A DNA stretch of 64,000 nt from Kiritimatiellia bacterium (GTDB taxonomy: Bacteria; Verrucomicrobiota; Kiritimatiellia; RFP12; UBA1067): NCBI GenBank assembly GCA_050949565.1, contig JBMNFY010000008.1, positions 320,001-384,000 of the forward strand, given 5' to 3'. Of the stretch, positions 54,118-63,554 are shown one piece after another (the stretch's first letter is position 1; every line of letters begins with the position of its first letter). The notes beneath the pieces are model-generated. The model ran no database searches. It was not told the origin of the DNA and saw only the letters and a list, made by a program, of their open reading frames with translations. The position numbers and the translations under genes were made by a program.

Positions 54118-54909
54118 TCACTCTTGATCCCACACCTTCATGAGCATTCGCGTTGCGAGATACGTAATCAGCGCATAGACGAGGCCGAAGGCTATCGCCC
54201 TGCCGGTCTCAATCATGAGTGGCGTTCTGTTTTCGACCCGAATTCTGACCCAGCGCAAGTACCAAAGCCCGAAGGATGGGATAAAACCGATCACCCAAGC
54301 ACCGAAGAGATGAAAGCCGATAGAGATGCGTGTGGACATCGAAACAACCATTTCCACAAGAAAGACAAGGAGGAAAACGGCGAAACCAAGCATTGGAATG
54401 GAAAGCAGACTTCTCAGGGCGTGTGAGTACTCTGCGTATATGGGCAGTTGTCCGAACATAACGCGAATCACCGAATTCCACTGGGGAGATGTGAAGTGAT
54501 TGACGAGGAAGATGGCCATCACAGGAATGAGCGAACACATAGGAATCACGTACAGGGTAAGCCATGAGAAGAGCCCTCGAAATCTCTTCGGTAAAGCACA
54601 CGGTCTTTCACTATCCGACGGCAGGAGCACGTCCTGAGGTTTTTCGACGCTTTGCTTGTTCTGACCAAGCTTGATAACCGCCACGATGACGATCACGATT
54701 CCAATAGGGCAGGCGACCCAACCGGCCATTGTCGCGTACAGCACAAAGCGAATGTTATCGGCAAGCCCTTCAGGTTGCGGCTGGGACTGGGCAAGATTTA
54801 CGAACGCCAGAACCATGCCGATGACAGTCCCGATCACGCCCCAGACCGGACCTGCAGCGAGAACGATGCCCGCGCCCAACCAACAGATCAATTTCTCTTT
54901 TCTGTTCAT
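54118..54909 (-). CDS. Membrane protein with an N-terminal MotA/TolQ/ExbB-like helical pair
   Basis: GPVWGVIGTVIGMVLAF resembles the GLLGTVxGMIxAF motif; followed by a second multi-TM region. Confidence 0.55.
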   Translation of the reverse strand: MNRKEKLICWLGAGIVLAAGPVWGVIGTVIGMVLAFVNLAQSQPQPEGLADNIRFVLYATMAGWVACPIGIVIVIVAVIKLGQNKQSVEKPQDVLLPSDSERPCALPKRFRGLFSWLTLYVIPMCSLIPVMAIFLVNHFTSPQWNSVIRVMFGQLPIYAEYSHALRSLLSIPMLGFAVFLLVFLVEMVVSMSTRISIGFHLFGAWVIGFIPSFGLWYLRWVRIRVENRTPLMIETGRAIAFGLVYALITYLATRMLMKVWDQE

Positions 54910-55033
54910 CCCTGATCCCAACGACACATACCATACAAAACCGGCCTTGCCCTGTCGAACGCAGTTTCGGGCACGAGGATACAAGTAAACTTGCACGGTT
55001 GCATTTCTCTGCCGCACTCCGTACACTAGTTGC

Positions 55034-56329
55034 GTGATGACGACCTTTTACCTTCAAAACGTGCGGATTCTGGATCACGCGCGCAACCGCGATGAAATCG
55101 CCGATCTTTACGTGCGCGACGGGATGATCGTCGCCTGCTCCGCTCCCCCCGCAGACGTGCCGCGCATCAATGCCGACGGCCTGCTGGTCGCGCCGGGCTT
55201 CTGGGATGTCCATGTCCATTTCCGCGATCCGGGTGCCCCCGCCGCCGAAACGCGCCGCACCGGTGCGGCCGCAGCTGCGGCCGGCGGATTCACGCGGGTC
55301 GTGACCATGCCCAATACCATGCCCGCTGGCGACACGCCCGCCTGGGTACGTGAGCAGATTGAGGACGACCTGCCGGTCCGGATTCTGCCTTCCGCCTGTA
55401 TTACTCAGGGTCGGCAGGGACGTGAAATCGCCGACCTCGATGCCCTCGCCGCCGCCGGTGCCGCCGCCTTTACCGATGACGGCGCAATGGTCGCCGACGA
55501 TGCGGTCATGCGCGAAGCGATGACGCGCGCCAAGCGGCTCGGCAAGCCGATCATGGATCATGCGGTCGTACCGGCGATTGCCAAAAACGGCGTGATCCGT
55601 GACAGTACGATTGCGCGTCAATTGGGGCTGCCGCTCTTCCCGCCCGAAGCCGAGGTCGAGGCCGTGCTGCGCGATATCCGGCTCTGCCGCGAAACCCGTT
55701 GCGCCACGCACATCCAGCACGTCTCGTGCGCCGATTCGGTGGCGGCCATCCGCGCCGCGCGTGCTGAGGGCTTGCCGGTCACCGGTGAAGCCTCGCCCCA
55801 CCACCTTGCAATCGCCGCCGACGATATCCCTGGCGATGACGGCAACTACCGCATGAATCCGCCGCTCGGTAACCATGAGGACGTACGCGCTCTCCGCGAC
55901 GGCGTGCTGGACGGCACGCTCAGCCTCTTCGCCACCGACCACGCGCCGCACACCGCCGCGACCAAAACCCGCGGCTTCCTCAAAGCCGCGTTCGGTGTCA
56001 TCGGCCTCGAAACTGCGATTGGCGTCACGTGGGAAATCATGGTTCTCCAAGAGAGCCTCTCCCCACTGACGTGGGTTGCCCGCTGGACTACCGGCCCCGC
56101 CGCGTTGCTAGGTTGCCCCGCGCCTTCCCTCGCGCCCGGCGTGCTCGCGGATCTCGTGGTGATCGACCCGCGAACGCCATGGCGCGTGACGCCCGACACC
56201 TTCCGCTCGCTCTCGCGTAACACACCGTTCGGCGGCTGGACGCTACACGCCCGACCGGTGCTGACGGTCTGCGAGGGCCGCATCACGTTCACGGACCCGA
56301 AAACCATCACTCTGGAGGAACCCGCATGA
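55034..56329 (+). CDS. pyrC: Dihydroorotase (type I)
   Basis: PGFWDVHVHFRDPG, MPNT, FTDDG, HIQHVS, EASPHH, MNPPL, ATDHAPH, SRNTPF. Confidence 0.93.
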   Translation: MMTTFYLQNVRILDHARNRDEIADLYVRDGMIVACSAPPADVPRINADGLLVAPGFWDVHVHFRDPGAPAAETRRTGAAAAAAGGFTRVVTMPNTMPAGDTPAWVREQIEDDLPVRILPSACITQGRQGREIADLDALAAAGAAAFTDDGAMVADDAVMREAMTRAKRLGKPIMDHAVVPAIAKNGVIRDSTIARQLGLPLFPPEAEVEAVLRDIRLCRETRCATHIQHVSCADSVAAIRAARAEGLPVTGEASPHHLAIAADDIPGDDGNYRMNPPLGNHEDVRALRDGVLDGTLSLFATDHAPHTAATKTRGFLKAAFGVIGLETAIGVTWEIMVLQESLSPLTWVARWTTGPAALLGCPAPSLAPGVLADLVVIDPRTPWRVTPDTFRSLSRNTPFGGWTLHARPVLTVCEGRITFTDPKTITLEEPA

Positions 56330-57150
56330 CCCCTGACTTTTTCGAAACCGCCGCCGCCGCGCTGCCTGATATCTGCCGCGAACCGCCGCCGGATTGCGGC
56401 ATGATCCTCGGCTCCGGTTGGAGCAAAGCACTGGCCGTTGACGCGCCGCTGTTGCGCCTGCCCTACAGTGAGATTCCGGGGCTCGGTGCCAGCACGGTCG
56501 TCGGCCACGCCGGCGAGTTCCTGCTTTTCGACCGCCACGGATTGCGCATCGCGGCCTTTATGGGCCGCCGTCACTGGTATGAGGGCGCGGGTTGGGGACC
56601 GGTCGTGATGCCCGTTGAACTGTTGCGCCGCTTGGGCACCCGCAACCTGCTAATCACCAACGCCGCAGGCAGCATCACGCCCTCGTTCACCCCCGGCGAC
56701 CTGATGATCATCCGTGACCACATCAATACGGTCGGCATTTCGCCGCTCATCGGACCGGTCATGCCCGGCTGGGGACCGCGCTTTCCGGATCAATCGCAAA
56801 TCTACTCACCCGCGCTCATCGACCTGCTGCGCAAAGCCGCGCACGATGCCGGCACGGCTCTTCGCGAGGGCGTCTATGCCTTCACCTCTGGTCCCGTCTA
56901 TGAAACCCCGGCCGAGATCCGCGCTTATGCCGGCATGGGCGCCGATGCCGTCGGTATGTCCACCGTGCCCGAAGCCACGGTCGCGAACGCCGCTGGCCTG
57001 CGTACCGCCGGCCTGAGTTGCATCACCAACATGGCGGCCGGCATCAGCGGCCCGAACCTGTCGCATGAAGGGGTGATCGAACAGACCCGCAAGACATTGC
57101 CGCTCATGGCGGCGCTGCTCGACGCATTTTTGATGCATCTCGCTCAGTAA
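56326..57150 (+). CDS. punA: Purine nucleoside phosphorylase (trimeric type)
   Basis: ILGSG, GHAG, GRRHWYEG, TNAAG, DHIN, GPVYETPAE, VGMSTVPE, SCITN. Confidence 0.93.
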   Translation: MTPDFFETAAAALPDICREPPPDCGMILGSGWSKALAVDAPLLRLPYSEIPGLGASTVVGHAGEFLLFDRHGLRIAAFMGRRHWYEGAGWGPVVMPVELLRRLGTRNLLITNAAGSITPSFTPGDLMIIRDHINTVGISPLIGPVMPGWGPRFPDQSQIYSPALIDLLRKAAHDAGTALREGVYAFTSGPVYETPAEIRAYAGMGADAVGMSTVPEATVANAAGLRTAGLSCITNMAAGISGPNLSHEGVIEQTRKTLPLMAALLDAFLMHLAQ

Positions 57151-57701
57151 TCGGTTAGTGACAGGGATGTGCGAAGATCATGCGTTTTTGGAGAAAAGGA
57201 GAGCCGAGAGTCGGGAGCGCGGGCGTCCTCGCCCGCAACAACGTGTCTTGCGATTTCTGTTTTATCCGCAGATTTGCGCAGATTGCGCAGATTTTCTCTT
57301 TTTTGTTTTTGACCGTAGGAGGGGAGAGACGAGCGTCTGCTCGTCCGCGGGCAAGCAGACGCTTGCCCCTCCCCGCCGAAGCGACCTCTTCGAAATCATG
57401 TCAAAAATGAAACCAGTTCTTAACCATGAAACAAACCCGAGCAATGCCATCTCCAAAAAAAATCTGTGTCCATCTGCGTCCATCTGTGGTTAAAAAACCG
57501 AGCACGGTCTTTTCGTGTATTCCGTGTGTTTCGTGGTTAAACAAACCCGAGCAATGCCCCCAAAAAACCTTGGCGATCTTAGCGTCTTGGCGGTTCCAAA
57601 AACCGAGCAATGCGCCCCCAAAAACCTCTGTGCTCTCTGTGTCCTCTGTGGTTAAACGAATCCGAGCAATGCCAACTCCTAAATCCTAACTTCTAACTCC
57701 T
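57148..57701. repeat. Composite repeat region containing a linker-triplet array (five CCGAGCA linkers)
   Basis: Boundary motif 57148-57166; palindromes at 57213 and 57321-57374; CCGAGCA at 57437, 57498, 57547, 57603, 57662; heptamer tract 57674-57701. Confidence 0.9.
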
Positions 57702-58880
57702 ATGTTCCCTCATCCTACCCCAGCTTTCGTCGTTGATGCCGCCGCCCTCGAACGCAACCTCGCCATCTTGGGCGAAGTCAAACGCCGTACCGGCTGCCGC
57801 ATCCTGCTTGCGCTGAAAGCCTTTTCGATGTTCAGCGTCTTTCCCCGTATGCGGCGCGTGTTGGACGGCTGTTGCGCCAGCTCGGTGTATGAAGCGCGCC
57901 TCGCCCGCGAGACCTTCGGCGGCGAGGTCCACGCTTTCGCCGCCGCTTTCTCTGAAACCGAAATGCGCGAGATCGTGACGCTGGCCGACCATGTGACGCT
58001 CAACTCCTTCGCGCAGTTCCGCCTGTTCCAGCGTGTCGTAGCCGAAAGCGGACGCGATGTCGTCTGCGGTCTGCGCATCAATCCGGAACACTCCGAAGGC
58101 GCGGCCGAAATCTATGACCCCTGTGCGCCGCGTTCGCGTTTAGGCGTGCGCCGCGCGGCCTTTGACGGCGAAACGTTGCACGGCGTGACCGGGTTGCACT
58201 CGCACACCCTGTGCGAACAGAATGCCGCGCCGTTCGTACGCACGTTGGCCGCGATCGAAAAACGCTTCGGCGACCTGTTGCCGCGTCTCTCCTGGATCAA
58301 TTTCGGCGGCGGTCACCACATCACGCGGTCTGACTACGATCTTGATCTGCTGTGCGACACACTCAACGCATTCCGTACGCGCCATCCGAATATCGAAACC
58401 ATCTACCTCGAACCCGGCGAGGCCTGCGCCCTCAACGCCGGCACGCTCGTGGCGACCGTGCTGGATGTGGTGGACAACGACATGTCCATCGCCATTCTCG
58501 ACGCCTCGTGTGCCTGTCACATGCCGGACGTGCTGGAGATGCCGTACCGTCCCCGTGTCTTCCGCGACGCCGCCTGGAGCGGTCAGGCCAGCCCCGGCCC
58601 GGAAGCCGACATCGGCTGTGACCCCGGTGTCAAGGCCCACACCGTACGGCTTGCGGGCGCCACCTGCCTCGCAGGCGACATCATCGGCGATTGGTCGTTC
58701 GACACGCCGCTTCAGACTGGCGACCGCGTGATCTTCGAAGACATGGCGCACTACACAATGGTCAAGACCAACACCTTCAACGGCATCCGCCTTCCCTCGA
58801 TCATGTTACGCGAGCCTGACGGCACCCTGCACACCGTACGCACCTTCGGTTACGAAGACTTCAAAAACCGTCTGTCGTAA
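57702..58880 (+). CDS. nspC: Carboxynorspermidine/carboxyspermidine decarboxylase
   Basis: TPAFVVD, LLALKAFS, ASSVYEA, LRINP, YDPCAPRSRLG, HTLCEQ, NFGGGHHIT, EPGE, HMPDVLEMPY, CLAGD, YTMVKTNTFNG. Confidence 0.95.
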   Translation: MFPHPTPAFVVDAAALERNLAILGEVKRRTGCRILLALKAFSMFSVFPRMRRVLDGCCASSVYEARLARETFGGEVHAFAAAFSETEMREIVTLADHVTLNSFAQFRLFQRVVAESGRDVVCGLRINPEHSEGAAEIYDPCAPRSRLGVRRAAFDGETLHGVTGLHSHTLCEQNAAPFVRTLAAIEKRFGDLLPRLSWINFGGGHHITRSDYDLDLLCDTLNAFRTRHPNIETIYLEPGEACALNAGTLVATVLDVVDNDMSIAILDASCACHMPDVLEMPYRPRVFRDAAWSGQASPGPEADIGCDPGVKAHTVRLAGATCLAGDIIGDWSFDTPLQTGDRVIFEDMAHYTMVKTNTFNGIRLPSIMLREPDGTLHTVRTFGYEDFKNRLS

Positions 58881-59000
58881 TCCAAGATTGATTGTTCCGA
58901 TGCTAAGGTTTTTGTTACACTCTGATTCGCAATCTGTTGGTGGTTTGGTTACGCGGCAGATGTGAACGAGACGCATCGCCTATAAGCAGAGGAGAAACGC

Positions 59001-60737
59001 ATGACAGCAAAACCTCATTCTCTGATCTTTCTGATCGCGTGGGGAACCTTGGCCGCCGCTTTTGCGCGGGGAGGCGTCTACGACGACTGTGCCGCATGGT
59101 GGCACTTCGATTACGATCCCAATGCTGACTACAAGGCTGATGTCGATGAAATCCGCGACCAGCGCGACTGGGGCACCGCAGCGAACAAAGGTGTAACCGG
59201 CAAGCACGCGACCTCCGTTCACGGTCCGTCCGGCGGGCCGCAATGGATCGACACGCCGGAACTCGTGACGCCGGCAGGCGGCCAGAACTACGGCCGCAAA
59301 TCGATCCTATTCCAACCTGCCGTCGACAGCAAGACCAACTGTTGGCCGAACACGTTTCGAGTGTCGAATCTCTATCTCGCGGGTGATGTCACCCTCGTCA
59401 CGCGTTTCCGCTGGGATGGGTATGTCACAGAAATTCAAAAAACGGCCTGGCTTTTTAACATCGGCATGGCGTGGAACCAATATACTGGATGGCTCTTCGG
59501 TATAGACGGCCCCTCTTCAAACCTGACGTTTTACAGCCAAAAAAGCAGCGGCCTCCAAATGACTACGACGTCCGTCACACCCGGCATTTGGTATGACGTG
59601 GCACTGGTCGTAAAGGACAACAGTACGACCGAACCTACCGATACCGTGGAATTTTACCTGTGGCCGCAAGACGGGGCGCTCAGGTACCAGAAGCGTACCA
59701 CCTCCGTCATCACGAACGCCATCGGTACGTTGGGCTGCACCATCGGATGCGAGGCTACCACAGCCACTTACGAGGGCGGCAACGCACGCAAGGCCTTTGC
59801 CGGCGCGCTCAATCATCTGGCCATCTGGAATCGCGCGCTCTCAACAGATGAGATCAACGAGGCGTTTGGCTCGCCACAACCGCTCTTCCACATCGGCCTC
59901 AAGAACGACCGCGCAGGAGATCTGCGGACCGAGTGGGAAGCCGACGCCGAATACCAGCCCGGCGCCCCCTGGCACACCATGCGGCGCGCGGTCTCGGGCA
60001 CCCACCCTGAGGCCACAATCAAGCTGCTTGTGAACGCGCAGCAGGCGGCTCTCGGTTACTTTTTCCATCTGCGGACCCAAGAGGTGGAAAACGAAAAGTC
60101 AGCGGATCTCCGGCTGATCGTCAACACCGTGACCAATGCCGTACGGACCGTAACATCCGGCCAGGATCTCTTCTGGTACGTCGCCCCCGGCACTCTGGTG
60201 GCGGGGACAAACAGTGTGACGCTTCAATACGCCTCGGGACCGGCGAGCTACGCCATCTTCGACTGGCTCGAACTCGCTGGTTCCTGGCAGGTCGGCTATG
60301 ACGACGGCTCTCAGGCCGAGTTCGCATTAGAAAGCTCCGCGCCAGATGATTTTTATGTAACCAACCCGAACTGGCAACACCTAGAGCGAGCCATCACCCG
60401 CGATGACACGAACGTCAACGTGCATTTCAGCCTCTCCCGCGAACTGGCCGAAAAATACGCCTTTGAGTACACCACGCGCATTATTGGGCAAGGAGGCGCC
60501 AGCGCACCCCATGCGTTCAGCGTGGATATTAACCAGACGACATTCGCCAGTTTCGCTCCGGTCCAGAACGGCACCCTCAGCACCCTCCCCCTCAACCGTG
60601 GGCTGCTGCAGGCAGGCGACAACATGGTCAGGTTCCGCTACGACGGTGATCCTACAGTAAGCGGATACCTCCAGTTTGACTTCCACCGGCTGGAGATACT
60701 CCTCTTCCCCCGAGGGTCGCTACTCATGTTGAAGTAA
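59001..60737 (+). CDS. Secreted LamG-like domain protein with two C-terminal beta-sandwich (CBM-like) repeats
   Basis: Signal peptide, AAWWHFD, PGIWYDVAL, FAGALNHLAIWNRALSTDEI; repeats ending FDWLEL / FDFHRL; C-terminus PRGSLLMLK. Confidence 0.7.
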   Translation: MTAKPHSLIFLIAWGTLAAAFARGGVYDDCAAWWHFDYDPNADYKADVDEIRDQRDWGTAANKGVTGKHATSVHGPSGGPQWIDTPELVTPAGGQNYGRKSILFQPAVDSKTNCWPNTFRVSNLYLAGDVTLVTRFRWDGYVTEIQKTAWLFNIGMAWNQYTGWLFGIDGPSSNLTFYSQKSSGLQMTTTSVTPGIWYDVALVVKDNSTTEPTDTVEFYLWPQDGALRYQKRTTSVITNAIGTLGCTIGCEATTATYEGGNARKAFAGALNHLAIWNRALSTDEINEAFGSPQPLFHIGLKNDRAGDLRTEWEADAEYQPGAPWHTMRRAVSGTHPEATIKLLVNAQQAALGYFFHLRTQEVENEKSADLRLIVNTVTNAVRTVTSGQDLFWYVAPGTLVAGTNSVTLQYASGPASYAIFDWLELAGSWQVGYDDGSQAEFALESSAPDDFYVTNPNWQHLERAITRDDTNVNVHFSLSRELAEKYAFEYTTRIIGQGGASAPHAFSVDINQTTFASFAPVQNGTLSTLPLNRGLLQAGDNMVRFRYDGDPTVSGYLQFDFHRLEILLFPRGSLLMLK

Positions 60738-60777
60738 ATGTCCCGGTCTTGCCGTGTCACCGGCAGGCCCAGTATGC

Positions 60778-62127
60778 ATGGCTATTCTCCTCTACACGCT
60801 TCTTGTTCTTTTGCTCCTGACGCTCGCGCTGCTCGCTTGGCTGGTAGTACGGACCGGTCGTGACGCGCCGGACCGCGACGCGCTGATCCGTCTGCAAACA
60901 CGCGAGGCCGATTTCCAAGAGACGGCCCGCCTCCTGCAGGAACGGTCAAAACGGATAGAGGCACTGCAGGTCGAAAACGCCCGACTTACCGCCGAACTCG
61001 ACCATGAACGGCGTACCGCCGCCGAGAAGATGCAACTGCTTCAGGATGCCGAGGCGCAGCTCAAAACCGAATTTGAAAATCTGGCCAACCGCATCTTTGA
61101 GGACAAGGGGCGCGCGCTCACCGAACAAAACCGTGAACGCATCTCCAGCCTGCTGCAACCATTGCGGGAACAGCTCGACGGCTTCCGCAAACGGGTCGAC
61201 GAGGTACATAAAGACGGTACCGAGCAATCCGCCCGCCTGCTGGAGCAGGTGCGTCAACTCCAAACGCTAAGCAACAAGGTCAGCGATGAAGCCAACCACT
61301 TGGCGCGTGCTATCAAAGGCGACGCCAAACGCCAAGGCGATTGGGGTGAACTGATCGTTGAGCGCTTATTGGAAGCCTCCGGACTGGAGAGCGGCCGCGA
61401 GTATGAAACTCAGCCCATGCTGCGCACCGAAAGCGGCGCGGTACAGCGTCCAGACTTTGTGGTCCATCTGCCGGGCAACAAATCGGTGATCGTGGATGCG
61501 AAAGTTTCGCTTACCGCCTACGAACGTTCGTGCAATGCCGCAAACGACGACGAACGGCGTGCCGCGCTCACGGCGCATGTGCAATCGGTGCGCCGCCACA
61601 TCAACGAGTTGCGCGACAAAAACTACGCCACGCTGCTCGGCAACCGCACGCTCGATTTCGTGCTGATGTGCATCCCGCTTGAGCCCGCCTACCAGGCCGC
61701 GTTACAGATGGAGCCCGGCCTGCTCTATGAGTTGGCCAAAACCAACGTGGTGATCACCGGACCATCCACCCTGATGATCACGCTCAAGTTGATCGCCCAG
61801 ATCTGGCGGCGCGAGAACGAGAATCGGCACGCCGAACAGATTGCTGACCGCGCGGGCCGTCTCTACGATCAAGTTACGCTGATCGTCGAAGCGATGGCTG
61901 CCGCTAAGAAAAACCTAGGGGATGTCGCGCAGTGCTTTGACTTGGCTCTCGCCCGTCTGCAGAACGGTCGGGGGAACTTGGTCGGCCGTGTTGAGGCACT
62001 GCGTAAACTCGGCGCCAAAGTCAACAAGCCCCTGCCGCCTGCCGTTGTCGAGCGCGCTCTGGCGACAGACGGAAGCGCTGACGACGATGACGAGCCCCCG
62101 GTGCCTCCGCCCGCGCTTGACTTATAG
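60778..62127 (+). CDS. rmuC: DNA recombination protein RmuC
   Basis: N-terminal TM, coiled coil, QGDWGE, RPDFVVHLP, VDAKVSLTAY, LDFVLMCIP, GPSTL. Confidence 0.95.
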   Translation: MAILLYTLLVLLLLTLALLAWLVVRTGRDAPDRDALIRLQTREADFQETARLLQERSKRIEALQVENARLTAELDHERRTAAEKMQLLQDAEAQLKTEFENLANRIFEDKGRALTEQNRERISSLLQPLREQLDGFRKRVDEVHKDGTEQSARLLEQVRQLQTLSNKVSDEANHLARAIKGDAKRQGDWGELIVERLLEASGLESGREYETQPMLRTESGAVQRPDFVVHLPGNKSVIVDAKVSLTAYERSCNAANDDERRAALTAHVQSVRRHINELRDKNYATLLGNRTLDFVLMCIPLEPAYQAALQMEPGLLYELAKTNVVITGPSTLMITLKLIAQIWRRENENRHAEQIADRAGRLYDQVTLIVEAMAAAKKNLGDVAQCFDLALARLQNGRGNLVGRVEALRKLGAKVNKPLPPAVVERALATDGSADDDDEPPVPPPALDL

Positions 62128-62186
62128 AACGCTGGGCGTCGAACGCAGAAGATTGAGAGGTTCTTGCAAAAACCCGTACCTGCAGA

Positions 62187-62460
62187 TGTGGCACGGGCAT
62201 CTTGCCCGTGTTAGTTAAAGGCCAAACTCCAGGCACGGGCATCTTGCCCGTGTTTCATGGGCGGGACGCCCATGCCACGAGGGGAGGCAAGAACCCACTG
62301 AGTTTAAAAAGGTTTCGAGCGCACCGCTCAAAAAGCGGCGTCGCGCGGAATACCGCTTGCCGCACGCACTCCAAATCTGCTCGCCAGACTTGCGGAACCC
62401 AACAAAAAAGAGAGGGATGAGCGTCTGCTCGTCCCTCCCCTTTTGGCGCTCTTGGCGTCT
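62187..62460. repeat. Cluster of REP-like palindromes between convergent genes
   Basis: GGCACGGGCATCTTGCCCGTG x2, CATGGGCGGGACGCCCATGCCAC, inverted GGAGTGCG REP at 62331-62375, GAGCGTCTGCTCGTCCCTCCCC, TTGGCG module. Confidence 0.85.
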
Positions 62461-62471
62461 TTAAAAAACGC

Positions 62472-63523
62472 TCAGTTGGCAATCCGCCCGGGCCACGGGA
62501 GTTCCGGACCGCTGATCGACGCCACAGCATTCTTGCCGGCATCGGGGCCGACGGCGTGCGCGCCCAGACAGAAGGTCAGGAGCACAAGCACCACGGCGGC
62601 AGCAACCGCGCAAACCGCGGCAATCGTCGTAAAGACCGACGACTCTTCTTTCTGCGCCGGGAAGTCCAGCGGGCTGATGGGCGTCATCTGCACGCCTTCC
62701 GGGAATCCTTCGCCTTCCGCCCCTGCTTCACCCGCAGCGTCGGGCTTACCACCCGGACGCTTGATCTTCAGCGTCTTCTTTTGGGTGACACCCGCGCTAC
62801 CGTCGCCTTCAGCCGGCAGAGCCGAATCCGGAATGCGGGAGGTCTTACGGGCTGAAGCTGGCGCCAACGGTGTTGATGCTACCGTGGGAGCTGCGGGCGG
62901 AGCCATCAAATCAGACGGACGCTTCAGACGAATCGTCTTGGGGCCTACACTTTCGGCAGGCGCAACACCGATGGCCGCATCCAGCGAGATGCGCGATGTC
63001 TTCGATTTAGAAGCCTGTACTTGAGCCGCAGAGAGCGGCTTGGGGCCGTCCGGCAACGGGGACGCACCGGGGGTCGGCGGCGGCTGCGGCTGCGGCTGCA
63101 CGGGAACGACCGGCGCGATCGGAGCCGTGGACGACAACTCAACCTGAGTGATCGCCTGAGTGGCTCCGGGCACGGTCCGCGGCAGCGGCTCTCGGTTGCC
63201 GCGCCAGGCGCGGCAACCGGACGCAGACGCACAGTCACGGGGCGGATCGCCGCAGGCGCCGCAGCGGCCACCTCTTCGGGCACCGGTATGCGCGATGTCG
63301 CTTTAGGGTCGACAGGCCGTAACGGTTGCGGCGCGGCTGCCGCCGCAGGAGCTGCGGGCGCGGCTGCCACCGCAGGGGCCGCAGGCTTCAAGCGGACGGT
63401 AATCGGACGCGGCGCGTTGGCCGCCGCACCGGCGGGGGTCACCGCCGCCTGACCCTCCGGCTTGCCAAGTGGTGACACCTTCGGGGGAATTGCTCCTTGG
63501 TTAACTTGATCCTGTTCTGCCAT
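62472..63523 (-). pseudogene. Pro/Ala-rich low-complexity protein with a C-terminal TM helix, split by a frameshift near 63190
   Basis: GGAGG RBS and ATG at 63523; the same TxRLKP and KTSRI motifs occur in ORFs 62945-63547 and 62472-63173; frames join at GAGAG. Confidence 0.7.
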
Positions 63524-63554
63524 GACTTGTGCCTCCGTAACAGGCAACAGCCGT

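Noticed and set aside
57437-57701. Calling the linker array a CRISPR
   Set aside because: The constant part is only about 11-16 nt, the spacers are internally repetitive and recur elsewhere in the window, and no cas genes are present
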